Below are positions 42,566 through 56,878 of a stretch of DNA of 64,000 bases, in pieces. Source of the stretch: the human T2T-CHM13v2.0 reference genome, Homo sapiens; assembly GCF_009914755.1 (NCBI RefSeq), contig NC_060948.1; one strand, written 5' to 3'. A model generated the notes under the pieces. The model made no database searches. It was not told the DNA's origin and saw only the letters and a list, made by a program, of their open reading frames with translations. The first letter of the stretch is position 1, and every line of letters starts with the position of its first letter. Position numbers and translations under genes: made by a program.

Positions 42566-45500
42566 ATGGAATCGAATGGAAAGGACTCGAATGGAAATCA
42601 CTCGAATAGAATGCAATTTAATAAAATAGGATCAAATGTAATGGAATGGAATGGAAAGGAATCGAAACGAAAGGAATGGAGACAGATGGAATGGAATGGA
42701 ACAGAGAGCAATGGTGTAGAATGGAATGGAATCATCTGGAATGGAATTGAATGGAATGGAATAATATGAAATGGAATGGAATGGAATGGAATGGAATGCC
42801 CTTGAATTAAATGGACTGGAATGGAATGGACTCAAACAGAGTGGAATGGAAAGTGTGGAGATAGAATGGAATGAACTCCTTTGGAATGGTGTAGTATGCA
42901 ATGCAATCGACTGGCAGGGAATCAAAAGGAATGTAATCGAATGGATTGGACTGGAATGCAATGGACTCGAATAGATTGGAAACGGAATGCAAAGGAATGG
43001 AATGGAATAGTATGGAATGCAATGGAAGGGAATGGAGTGGAATAGACTAGAGTGGAATGGAATGGACTGGAAAGCAATGGACTGGAATGGAACTTTCTTG
43101 GATGGACTGGAATCAAACGGAATGGAATGCAATGCAATCAAATGGCATGGAATAAAATAGAATGAAAGAGAATCAAATGGAATTGAATCGAATGGAATCG
43201 AATGGATTGGAAAGGAATAGAATGGAATGGAATGGTACTGACTCAAATGGAATGGACTAGAATGGAATGGATTCGAATGGAAGGCAAAGGAATGGAATCT
43301 ATTGGAATGGACTGTAATGGAATGGAATGGAAGGGATTGGAATGGACTCGAATGGAATGGACTGCAATAGAAAGGATTCGAATGGAATGAAAAAGAATTG
43401 AATGGAATAGAACAGAATGGAATCAAATCGAATGAAATGGAATGGAATAGAAAGGAATGGAATGAAATGGAATGGAAAGGATTCGAATGGAATGCAATCG
43501 AATGGAATGGAATCGAACGGAATGGAATAAAATGGAAGAAAACTGGCAAGAAATGGAATCGAAATGAATGGAGTGTTATGGAACGGACTCAAAAGGAATT
43601 GAATGTAACAGAATGGAGTGGAGTGGACTCGAATATAATGGAGTGGAATGGAATGAAATCACATGGAATGGGAACGAATGGAATGGAATGGAAAGGAATG
43701 GAATCGAATGGAAAGGAATCGAATGGAAGGTAATGAAAGTGAATCAACAGGAATGGAATGGAATAGAATAGACTGTAATGGAATGGACTCGAATAGAATG
43801 GACACGAATGCTCAAATTAAATGGACTCGAATGGAATGGAAACGAAAGGAATGTCATCGAATGGAATTGAATCGATTGGACTGAAATCGCATAGAATGGA
43901 GTGGAATCAAATGGAATTGAATCGAAAGGAAAGGAAGCGAATGGACTGAAATGAAATGGAATGGAATTGAATGGAAAGTAATGCAATGGAATAGAATGGA
44001 ACGAAATTTCACGGAATGGAATCAAACTGAATGGAATCAAATCAATGGAATCAAATCAAATGGAATGGAAAGGAATTGAATGGAGTAGATGGGATTGGAT
44101 GGGATTGGAATGAAATGTACTGGAAAGGACTCGAATTTCATGAAACGGAATGGAATGAATTGGAACGGAATGGACTCGAATGGAATGGAATGTCATGGGA
44201 TGGCATCAAATGGAATGGCATCAAATGGAATGGAATCGAATGCAATGGAATGCTATGGAATGGAATGGAATGCATTGGAATGGAATGTCCTCTAATGGAA
44301 TGGATTCGAGTGGAATGGAATTGAATATAATGGAGTCGAATGAAATGGAATTGAAAGGAATGGGATCGAATACAATGGAATATACTGGAATCTAACGTAA
44401 TGAACTCGAATGTAATTGACTGGAATGGAATGTACATGAATGGAATGTAATCGAATGCAAAGTAATCCAATGGAATAGAATCTAATGCAATAAAATCGAC
44501 TCAGATAGAGTAGAATGTAATGGAATGGAGTGCAGTGCAATGGAATGGAATGGAATGGAATGCAATGGAATGGAATGGAATGGAATGGAATGGAATGGAA
44601 TGGAATGGGATGGAATGGTATGGAATGGATAGTAATGGACTGGAGTGAAATGGACTGGAAAGGAATGGACTCAAATTGAAAGGGCTCGAAAGGAATGGAG
44701 TCAAATGGAATGGTCTGGAATGGAATGAACACGAATGTAATGCAACCCAATAGAATGGAATCGAATGGCATGGAATATAAAGAAATGGAATCGAAGAGAA
44801 TGGAAACAAATGGAATGGAATTGAATGGAATGGAATTGAATGGAATGGGAACGAATGGAGTGAAATTGTATGCAGTAGAAGAGAATAGAATGGAATGCAA
44901 GCGAAAGGAAAGGAATGGATTGGAATGGAATGGAATTCATTGGAATGGAAGGGAATGTAGTGTAATGGACAGGCCTGGAATAAAGTGGAATGCTACGGTC
45001 TCGAATGGAATAAAAATGTATGGAATGGAATGCAATGAAACGGAATCGAATGTCATAGAATGTAATGGAATGCAACAAAATGGAATCCAAAATCATTGAC
45101 TGGAAAGGCTGGGTGTCGAAAGGAATTGACTCCAATGGAATGGAATCGAATGGAATGGAAGTGAATAGAATCGAACTAAATCGAATGGAATGGAATTGAT
45201 AGGAACGGAATGGAAAGGAATGCAATGATTTGGCATGGAATGGAATCGAATGGCATCGAATGGAATGGAATGGAATGCAATGGAATGGAATGTATTAGAA
45301 TGTAATGAACTTTAATGGAATGTACTCGAATGGATTCGACTGGAATGGAATGTTCTGGAAGTGAATGGACTCCAATGGAATGGATTCAAAAGGAATGGAA
45401 TCGTACGGAATGGAATCTAATGGAATGGAATTAAATGGAAATGAATCAAATTGAATAGCACGGAATTGAATTGAATGGAATCGAATGCAATGGAATCTAA

Positions 45501-46144
45501 TGAAACGGAAAGGAAAGGAATGGAATGGAATGGAATGGGCTGGAATGGAAAGGAATCGAAACGAATGGAATGGAATCGAACTGAAGAGACTGGAATGGAA
45601 TGCACTGGAATGGAAGGGAGTGTAATGGAAGGTTCTCGAAAAAAATGGAATCGAATGGAATGGAATTGAATGGAACGGAATAGAGTCGAATGGAATTGAA
45701 TGGAATGGAATGGACTAGAGTGAAGTGGAATCGAACCACAAGGAATGGACAGGAATAGAATGGTCTCGAATTGAATGGAATCGTATGGAATGGCATCAAA
45801 CGGAATGGAATGGACAGCCACGGAATGGAATGCACTCGAATGCAATGGAGTCGAAACTAACGGACTGGAATAGAATGGACTCGACTGGTACGGACTCCAA
45901 TGGAATGGAATCGAATGGAAGGGAATCGAACGGAAGGGAATCGAACGGAATGGATTCGAAGGGAAAAGACTGCAATGGAAACGTCTCGAATGGAATGGAA
46001 ATTAATGGAATGGAATGGAGTCGAATGAAATGGAGTCAAAAGGAATGGAATCGAATGGCAAGAAATCGAATGTAATGGAATCGCAAGGAATTGATGTGAA
46101 CGGAACGGAATGGAATGGAATCCAAAGGAATGGAATAGAATGGA
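42566..46144. repeat. DYZ1 unit 13 (3579 bp), dimer member B', switching to the distal subfamily near 45480
   Basis: Anchors 42566/46145. Unit-11 variants, then AACTAACGGA. Confidence 0.9.
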
Positions 46145-49100
46145 ATGGAATCGAATGGAAAGGACTCGAATGGAAATCACTCGAATAGAATGCAATTTAA
46201 TAAAATAGGATCAAATGTAATGGAATGGAATGGAAAGGAATCGAAACGAAAGGAATGGAGACAGATGGAATGGAATGGAACAGAGAGCAATGGTATAGAA
46301 TGGAATGGAATCATCTGGAACGGAATTGAATGGAATGGAATAATATGAAATGGAATGGAATGGAATGGAATGGAATGCCCTTGAATTAAATGGACTGGAA
46401 TGGAATGGACTCAAACAGAGTGGAATGGAAAGAGTGGAGATAGAATGGAATGAACTCCTTCGGAATGGTCTAGTAGGCAATGCAATCGACTGGCAGGGAA
46501 TCAAAAGGAATGTAATCGAATGGATTGGACTGGAATGCAATGGACTCGAATAGATTGGAAACGGAATGCAAAGAATGGAATGGAATAGTATGGAATGGAA
46601 TGGAAAGGAATGGAGTGGAACTGACTAGAGTGGAATGGAATGGACTGGAAAGCAATGGACTGGAATGGAACTTTCTTGAATGGACTGGAATCAAACGGAA
46701 TGGAATGCAATGCAATCAAATGGCATGGAATAAAATAGAATGAAAGAGAATCAAATGGAATTGAATCGAATGGAATCGAATGGATTGGAAAGGAATAGAA
46801 TGGAATGGAATGGAATTGACTCAAATGGAATGGACTAGAATGGAATGGATTCGAATGGAAGGCAAAGGAATGGAATCTATTGGAATGGACTGTAATGGAA
46901 TGGAATGGAAGGGATTGGAATGGACTCGAATGGAATGGACTGCAATAGAAAGGATTCGAATGGAATGAAAAAGAATTGAATGGAATAGAACAGAATGGAA
47001 TCAAATCGAATGAAATGGAATGGAATAGAAAGGAATGGAATGAAATGGAATGGAAAGGATTCGAATGGAATGCAATCGAATGGAATGGAATCGAACGGAA
47101 TGGAATAAAATGGAAGAAAACTGGCAAGAAATGGAATCGAAATGAATGGAGTGTTATGGAACGGACTCAAAAGGAATTGAATGTAATAGAATGGAGTGGA
47201 GTGGACTCGAATATAATGGACTGGAATGGAATGAAATCACATGGAATGGGAACGAATGGAATGGAATGGAAAGGAATGGAATCGAATGGAAAGGAATCGA
47301 ATGGAAGGGAATGAAATTGAATCAACAGGAATGGAAGGGAATAGAATAGACGGTAATGGAATGGACTCGAATAGAATGGACACGAATGCTCAAATTAAAT
47401 GGACTCGAATGGAATGGAAACGAAAGGAATGTCATCGAATGGAATTGAATCGATTGGAATGAAATCGCATAGAATGGAGTGGAATCAAATGGAATTGAAT
47501 CGAAAGGAAAGGAAGCGAATGGACTGAAATGAAATGGAATGGAATTGAATGGAAAGTAATGCAATGGAATAGAATGGAACGAAATTTCACGGAATGGAAT
47601 CAAACTGAATGGAATCAAATCAATGGAATCAAATCAAATGGAATGGAAAGGAATTGAATGGAGTAGATGGGATTGGATGGGATTGGAATGAAATGTACTG
47701 GAAAGGACTCGAATTTCATGAAACGGAATGGAATGAATTGGAACGGAATGGACTCGAATGGAATGGAATGTCATGGGATGGCATCAAATGGAATGGCATC
47801 AAATGGAATGGAATCGAATGCAATGGAATGCTATGGAATGGAATGGAATGCATTGGAATGGAATGTCCTCTAATGGAATGGATTCGAGTGGAATGGAATT
47901 GAATATAATGGAGTCGAATGAAATGGAATTGAAAGGAATGGGATCGAATACAATGGAATATACTGGAATGTAACGTAATGAACTCGAATGTAATTGACTG
48001 GAATGGAATGTACATGAATGGAATGTAATCGAATGGAAAGTAATCCAATGGAATAGAATCTAATGCAATAAAATCGACTCAGATAGAGTAGAATGTAATG
48101 GAATGGAGTGCAGTGCAATGGAATGGAATGGAATGGAATGCAATGGAATGGAATGGAATGGAATGGAATGGAATGGAATGGAATGGAATGGGATGGAATG
48201 GTATGGAATGGATAGTAATGGACTGGAGTGAAATGGACTGGAAAGGAATGGACTCAAATTGAAAGGGCTCGAAAGGAATGGAGTCAAATGGAATGGTCTG
48301 GAATGGAATGAACACGAATGTAATGCAACCCAATAGAATGGAATCGAATGGCATGGAATATAAAGAAATGGAATCGAAGAGAATGGAAACAAATGGAATG
48401 GAATTGAATGGAATGGAATTGAATGGAATGGGAACGAATGGAGTGAAATTGTATGCAGTAGAAGAGAATAGAATGGAATGCAAGCGAAAGGAAAGGAATG
48501 GATTGGAATGGAATGGAATTCATTGGAATGGAAGGGAATGTAGTGTAATGGACAGGCCTGGAATAAAGTGGAATGCTACGGTCTCGAATGGAATAAAAAT
48601 GTATGGAATGGAATGCAATGAAACGGAATCGAATGTCATAGAATGTAATGGAATGCAAAAAAATGGAATCCAAAATCATTGACTGGAAAGGCTGGGTGTC
48701 GAAAGGAATTGACTCCAATGGAATGAAATCGAATGGAATGGAAGTGAATAGAATCGAACTAAATCGAATGGAATGGAATTGATAGGAACGGAATGGAAAG
48801 GAATGCAATGATTTGGCATGGAATGGAATCGAATGGCATCGAATGGAATGGAATGGAATGCAATGGAATGGAATGTATTAGAATGTAATGAACTTTAATG
48901 GAATGTACTCGAATGGATTCGACTGGAATGGAATGTTCTGGAAGTGAATGGACTCCAATGGAATGGATTCAAAAGGAATGGAATCGTACGGAATGGAATC
49001 TAATGGAATGGAATTAAATGGAAATGAATCAAATTGAATAGCACGGAATTGAATTGAATGGAATGGAATGCAATGGAATCTAATGAAACGGAAAGGAAAG

Positions 49101-49727
49101 GAATGGAATGGAATGGAATGGGCTGGAATGGAAAGGAATCGAAACGAATGGAATGGAATCGAACTGAAGAGACTGGAATGGAATGCACTGGAATGGAAGG
49201 GAGTGTAATGGAAGGTTCTCGAAAAAAATGGAATCGAATGGAATGGAATTGAATGGAACGGAATAGAGTCGAATGGAATTGAATGGAATGGAATGGACTA
49301 GAGTGAAGTGGAATCGAACCACAAGGAATGGACAGGAATAGAATGGTCTCGAATTGAATGGAATCGTATGGAATGGCATCAAACGGAATGGAATGGACAG
49401 CCACGGAATGGAATGCACTCGAATGCAATGGAGTCGAAACTAACGGACTGGAATAGAATGGACTCGACTGGTACGGACTCCAATGGAATGGAATCGAATG
49501 GACGGGAATCGAACGGAAGGGAATCAGAAGGAATGGACTCGAAGGGAAAAGACTGCAATGGAAAGGTCTCGAATGGAATGGAAATTAATGGAATGGAATG
49601 GAGTCGAATGAAATGGAGTCAAAAGGAATGGAATCGAATGGCAAGAAATCGAATGTAATGGAATCGCAAGGAATTGATGTGAACGGAACGGAATGGAATG
49701 GAATCCAAAGGAATGGAATAGAATGGA
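46145..49727. repeat. DYZ1 unit 14 (3583 bp), distal subfamily
   Basis: Anchors 46145/49728. TCTAGTAGGC and the 1-bp deletion GCAAAGAATGG. Confidence 0.9.
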
Positions 49728-52700
49728 ATGGAATCGAATGGAAAGGACTCGAATGGAAATCACTCGAATAGAATGCAATTTAATAAAATAGGATCAAATG
49801 TAATGGAATGGAATGGAAAGGAATCGAAACGAAAGGAATGGAGACAGATGGAATGGAATGGAACAGAGAGCAATGGTATAGAATGGAATGGAATCATCTG
49901 GAATGGAATTGAATGGAATGGAATAATATGAAATGGAATGGAATGGAATGGAATGGAATGCCCTTGAATTAAATGGACTGGAATGGAATGGACTCAAACA
50001 GAGTGGAATGGAAAGTGTGGAGATAGAATGGAATGAACTCCTTCGGAATGGTCTAGTAGGCAATGCAATCGACTGGCAGGGAATCAAAAGGAATGTAATG
50101 GAATGGATTGGACTGGAATGCAATGGACTCGAATAGATTGGAAACGGAATGCAAAGAATGGAATGGAATAGTATGGAATGGAATGGAAAGGAATGGAGTG
50201 GAACAGACTAGAGTGGAATGGAATGGACTGGAAAGCAATGGACTGGAATGGAACTTTCTTGAATGGACTGGAATCAAACGGAATGGAATGCAATGCAATC
50301 AAATGGCATGGAATAAAATAGAATGAAAGAGAATCAAATGGAATTGAATCGAATGGAATCGAATGGATTGGAAAGGAATAGAATGGAATGGAATGGAATT
50401 GACTCAAATGGAATGGACTAGAATGGAATGGATTCGAATGGAAGGCAAAGGAATGGAATCTATTGGAATGGACTGTAATGGAATGGAATGGAAGGGATTG
50501 GAATGGACTCGAATGGAATGGACTGCAATAGAAAGGATTCGAATGGAATGAAAAAGAATTGAATGGAATAGAACAGAATGGAATCAAATCGAATGAAATG
50601 GAATGGAATAGAAAGGAATGGAATGAAATGGAATGAAAAGGATTCGAATGGAATGCAATCGAATGGAATGGAATCGAACGGAATGGAATAAAATGGAAGA
50701 AAACTGGCAAGAAATGGAATCGAAATGAATGGAGTGTTATGGAACGGACTCAAAAGGAATTGAATGTAATAGAATGGAGTGGAGTGGACTCGAATATAAT
50801 GGACTGGAATGGAATGAAATCACATGGAATGGGAACGAATGGAATGGAATGGAAAGGAATGGAATCGAATGGAAAGGAATCGAATGGAAGGGAATGAAAT
50901 TGAATCAACAGGAATGGAAGGGAATAGAATAGACGGTAATGGAATGGACTCGAATAGAATGGACACGAATGCTCAAATTAAATGGACTCGAATGGAATGG
51001 AAACGAAAGGAATGTCATCGAATGGAATTGAATCGATTGGAATGAAATCGCATAGAATGGAGTGGAATCAAATGGAATTGAATCGAAAGGAAAGGAAGCG
51101 AATGGACTGAAATGAAATGGAATGGAATTGAATGGAAAGTAATGCAATGGAATAGAATGGAACGAAATTTCACGGAATGGAATCAAACTGAATGGAATCA
51201 AATCAATGGAATCAAATCAAATGGAATGGAAAGGAATTGAATGGAGTAGATGGGATTGGATGGGATTGGAATGAAATGTACTGGAAAGGACTCGAATTTC
51301 ATGAAACGGAATGGAATGAATTGGAACGGAATGGACTCGAATGGAATGGAATGTCATGGGATGGCATCAAATGGAATGGCATCAAATGGAATGGAATCGA
51401 ATGCAATGGAATGCTATGGAATGGAATGGAATGCATTGGCATGGAATGTCCTCTAATGGAATGGATTCGAGTGGAATGGAATTGAATATAATGGAGTCGA
51501 ATGAAATGGAATTGAAAGGAATGGGATCGAATACAATGGAATATACTGGAATGTAACGTAATGACCTCGAATGTAATTGACTGGAATGGAATGTACATGA
51601 ATGGAATGTAATCGAATGGAAAGTAATCCAATGGAATAGAATCCAATGCAATAAAATCGACTCAGATAGAGTAGAATGTAATGGAATGGAGTGCAGTGCA
51701 ATGGAATGGAATGGAATGGAATGCAATGGAATGGAATGGAATGGAATGGAATGGAATGGAATGGAATGGAATGGGATGGAATGGAATGGGATGGAATGGT
51801 ATGGAATGGATAGTAATGGACTGGAGTGAAATGGACTGGAAAGGAATGGACTCAAATTGAAAGGGCTCGAAAGGAATGGAGTCAAAAGGAATGGTCTGGA
51901 ATGGAATGAACACGAATGTAATGCAACCCAATAGAATGGAATCGAATGGCATGGAATATAAAGAAATGGAATCGAAGAGAATGGAAACAAATGGAATGGA
52001 ATTGAATGGAATGGGAACGAATGGAGTGAAATTGTATGCAGTAGAAGAGAATAGAATGGAATGCAAGCGAAAGGAAAGGAATGGATTGGAATGGAATGGA
52101 ATTCATTGGAATGGAAGGGAATGTAGTGTAATGGACAGGCCTGGAATAAAGTGGAATGCTACGGTCTCGAATGGAATAAAAATGTATGGAATGGAATGCA
52201 ATGAAACGGAATCGAATGTCATAGAATGTAATGGAATGCAAAAAAATGGAATCCAAAATCATTGACTGGAAAGGCTGGGTGTCGAAAGGAATTGACTCCA
52301 ATGGAATGGAATCGAATGGAATGGAAGTGAATAGAATCGAACTAAATCGAATGGAATGGAATTGATAGGAACGGAATGGAAAGGAATGCAATGATTTGGC
52401 ATGGAATGGAATCGAATGGCATCGAATGGAATGGAATGGAATGCAATGGAATGGAATGTATTAGAATGTAATGAACTTTAATGGAATGTACTCGAATGGA
52501 TTCGACTGGAATGGAATGTTCTGGAAGTGAATGGACTCCAATGGAATGGATTCCAAAGGAATGGAATCGTACGGAATGGAATCTAATGGAATGGAATTAA
52601 ATGGAAATGAATCAAATTGAATAGCACGGAATTGAATTGAATGGAATGGAATGCAATGGAATCTAATGAAACGGAAAGGAAAGGAATGGAATGGAATGGA

Positions 52701-53310
52701 ATGGGCTGGAATGGAAAGGAATCGAAACGAATGGAATGGAATCGAACTGAAGAGACTGGAATGGAATGCACTGGAATGGAAGGGAGTGTAATGGAAGGTT
52801 CTCGAAAAAAATGGAATCGAATGGAATGGAATTGAATGGAACGGAATAGTGTCGAATGGAATTGAATGGAATGGAATGGACTAGAGTGAAATGGAATCGA
52901 ACCACAAGGAATGGACAGGAATAGAATGGTCTCGAATTGAATGGAATCGTATGGAATGGCATCAAACGGAATGGAATGGACAGCCACGGAATGGAATGCA
53001 CTCGAATGCAATGGAGTCGAAACTAACGGACTGGAATAGAATGGACTCGACTGGTACGGACTCCAATGGAATGGAATCGAATGGAAGGGAATCGAACGGA
53101 AGGGAATCGAACGGAATGGACTCGAAGGGAAAAGACTGCAATGGAAAGGTCTCGAATGGAATGGAAATTAATGGAATGGAATGGAGTCGAATGAAATGGA
53201 GTCAAAAGGAATGGAATCGAATGGCAAGAAATCGAATGTAATGGAATCGCAAGGAATTGATGTGAACGGAACGGAATGGAATGGAATCCAAAGGAATGGA
53301 ATAGAATGGA
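49728..53310. repeat. DYZ1 unit 15 (3583 bp), distal subfamily
   Basis: Anchors 49728/53311. Extra 15-bp GGAATGGAATGGGAT block near 51780. Confidence 0.9.
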
Positions 53311-56300
53311 ATGGAATCGAATGGAAAGGACTCGAATGGAAATCACTCGAATAGAATGCAATTTAATAAAATAGGATCAAATGTAATGGAATGGAATGGA
53401 AAGGAATCGAAACGAAAGGAATGGAGACAGATGGAATGGAATGGAACAGAGAGCAATGGTATAGAATGGAATGGAATCATCTGGAATGGAATTGAATGGA
53501 ATGGAATAATATGAAATGGAATGGAATGGAATGGAATGGAATGCCCTTGAATTAAATGGACTGGAATGGAATGGACTCAAACAGAGTGGAATGGAAAGTG
53601 TGGAGATAGAATGGAATGAACTCCTTTGGAATGGTCTAGTAGGCAATGCAATCGACTGGCAGGGAATCAAAACGAATGTAATCGAATGGATTGGACTGGA
53701 ATGCAATGGACTCGAATAGATTGGAAACGGAATGCAAAGAATGGAATGGAATAGTATGGAATGGAATGGAAAGGAATGGAGTGGAACAGACTAAAGTGGA
53801 ATGGAATGGACTGGAAAGCAATGGACTGGAATGGAACTTTCTTGAATGGACTGGAATCAAACGGAATGGAATGCAATGCAATCAAATGGCATGGAATAAA
53901 ATAGAATGAAAGAGAATCAAATGGAATTGAATCGAATGGAATCGAATGGATTGGAAAGGAATAGAATGGAATGGAATGGAATTGACTCAAATGGAATGGA
54001 CTAGAATGGAATGGATTCGAATGGAAGGCAAAGGAATGGAATCTATTGGAATGGACTGTAATGGAATGGAATGGAAGGGATTGGAATGGACTCGAATGGA
54101 ATGGACTGCAATAGAAAGGATTCGAATGGAATGAAAAAGAATTGAATGGAATAGAACAGAATGGAATCAAATCGAATGAAATGGAATGGAATAGAAAGGA
54201 ATGGAATGAAATGGAATGGAAAGGATTCGAATGGAATGCAATCGAATGGAATGGAATCGAACGGAATGGAATAAAATGGAAGAAAACTGGCAAGAAATGG
54301 AATCGAAATGAATGGAGTGTTATGGAACGGACTCAAATGGAATTGAATGTAATAGAATGGAGTGGAGTGGACTCGAATATAATGGACTGGAATGGAATGA
54401 AATCACATGGAATGGGAACGAATGGAATGGAATGGAAAGGAATGGAATCGAATGGAAAGGAATCGAATGGAAGGGAATGAAATTGAATCAACAGGAATGG
54501 AAGGGAATAGAATAGACGGTAATGGAATGGAGTCGAATAGAATGGACACGAATGCTCAAATTAAATGAACTCGAATGGAATGGAAACGAAAGGAATGTCA
54601 TCGAATGGAATTGAATCGATTGGAATGAAATCGCATAGAATGGAGTGGAATCAAATGGAATTGAATCGAAAGGAAAGGAAGCGAATGGACTGAAATGAAA
54701 TGGAATGGAATTGAATGGAAAGTAATGCAATGGAATAGAATGGAACGAAATTTCACGGAATGGAATCAAACTGAATGGAATCAAATCAATGGAATCAAAT
54801 CAAATGGAATGGAAAGGAATTGAATGGAGTAGATGGGATTGGATGGGATTGGAATGAAATGTACTGGAAAGGACTCGAATTTCATGAAACGGAATGGAAT
54901 GAATTGGAACGGAATGGACTCGAATGGAATGGAATGTCATGGGATGGCATCAAATGGAATGGCATCAAATGGAATGGAATCGAATGCAATGGAATGCGAT
55001 GGAATGGAATGGAATGCATTGGAATGGAATGTCCTCTAATGGAATGGATTCGAGTGGAATGGAATTGAATATAATGGAGTCGAATGAAATGGAATTGAAA
55101 GGAATGGGATCGAATACAATGGAATATACTGGAATGTAACGTAATGAACTCGAATGTAATTGACTGGAATGGAATGTACATGAATGGAATGTAATCGAAT
55201 GGAAAGTAATCCAATGGAATAGAATCTAATGCAATAAAATCGACTCAGATAGAGTAAAATGTAATGGAATGGAGTGCAGTGCAATGGAATGGAACGGAAT
55301 GGAATGCAATGGAATGGAATGGAATGGAATGGAATGGAATGGAATGGAATGGAATGGGATGGAATGGTATGGAATGGATAGTAATGGACTGGAGTGAAAT
55401 GGACTGGAAAGGAATGGACTCAAATTGAAAGGGCTCGAAAGGAATGGAGTCAAATGGAATGGTCTGGAATGGAATGAACACGAATGTAATGCAACCCAAT
55501 AGAATGGAATCGAATGGCATGGAATAGAAAGAAATGGAATCGAAGAGAATGGAAACAAATGGAATGGAATTGAATGGAATGGGAACGAATGGAGTGAAAT
55601 TGTATGCAGTAGAAGAGAATAGAATGGAATGCAAGCGAAAGGAAAGGAATGGATTGGAATGGAATGGAATTCATTGGAATGGAAGGGAATGTAGTGTAAT
55701 GGACAGGCCTGGAATAAAGTGGAATGCTACGGTCTCGAATGGAATAAAAATGTATGGAATGGAATGCAATGAAACGGAATCGAATGTCATAGAATGTAAT
55801 GGAATGCAAAAAAATGGAATCCAAAATCATTGACTGGAAAGGCTGGGTGTCGAAAGGAATTGACTCCAATGGAATGGAATCGAATGGAATGGAAGTGAAT
55901 AGAATCGAACTAAATCGAATGGAATGGAATTGATAGGAACGGAATGGAAAGGAATGCAATGATTTGGCATGGAATGGAATCGAATGGCATCGAATGGAAT
56001 GGAATGGAATGCAATGGAATGGAATGTATTAGAATGTAATGAACTTTAATGGAATGTACTCGAATGGATTCGACTGGAATGGAATGTTCTGGAAGTGAAT
56101 GGACTCCAATGGAATGGATTCAAAAGGAATGGAATCGTACGGAATGGAATCTAATGGAATGGAATTAAATGGAAATGAATCAAATTGAATAGCACGGAAT
56201 TGAATTGAATGGAATGGAATGCAATGGAATCTAATGAAACGGAAAGGAAAGGAATGGAATGGAATGGAATGGGCTGGAATGGAAAGGAATCGAAACGAAT

Positions 56301-56878
56301 GGAATGGAATCGAAGTGAAGAGACTGGAATGGAATGCACTGGAATGGAAGGGAGTGTAATGGAAGGTTCTCGAAAAAAATGGAATCGAATGGAATGGAAT
56401 TGAATGGAACGGAATAGAGTCGAATGGAATTGAATGGAATGGAATGGACTAGAGTGAAATGGAATCGAACCACAAGGAATGGACAGGAATAGAATGGTCT
56501 CGAATTGAATGGAATCGTATGGAATGGCATCAAACGGAATGGAATGGACAGCCACGGAATGGAATGCACTCGAATGCAATGGAGTCGAAACTAACGGACT
56601 GGAATAGAATGGACTCGACTGGTACGGACTCCAATGGAATGGAATCGAATGGAAGGGAATCGAACGGAAGGGAATCGAACGGAATGGACTCGAAGGGAAA
56701 AGACTGCAATGGAAAGGTCTCGAATGGAATGGAAATTAATGGAATGGAATGGAGTCGAATGAAATGGAGTCAAAAGGAATGGAATCGAATGGCAAGAAAT
56801 CGAATGTAATGGAATCGCAAGGAATTGATGTGAACGGAACGGAATGGAATGGAATCCAAAGGAATGGAATAGAATGGA
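53311..56878. repeat. DYZ1 unit 16 (3568 bp), distal subfamily
   Basis: Anchors 53311/56879. AATCAAAACGAAT and GGAATAGAAAGAA. Confidence 0.9.

Noticed and set aside
655-51795. 15-bp indels as evidence of reading-frame selection
   Set aside because: Frame-breaking 1-, 5- and 10-bp indels are fixed in whole subfamilies, so a slippage-register explanation is simpler.
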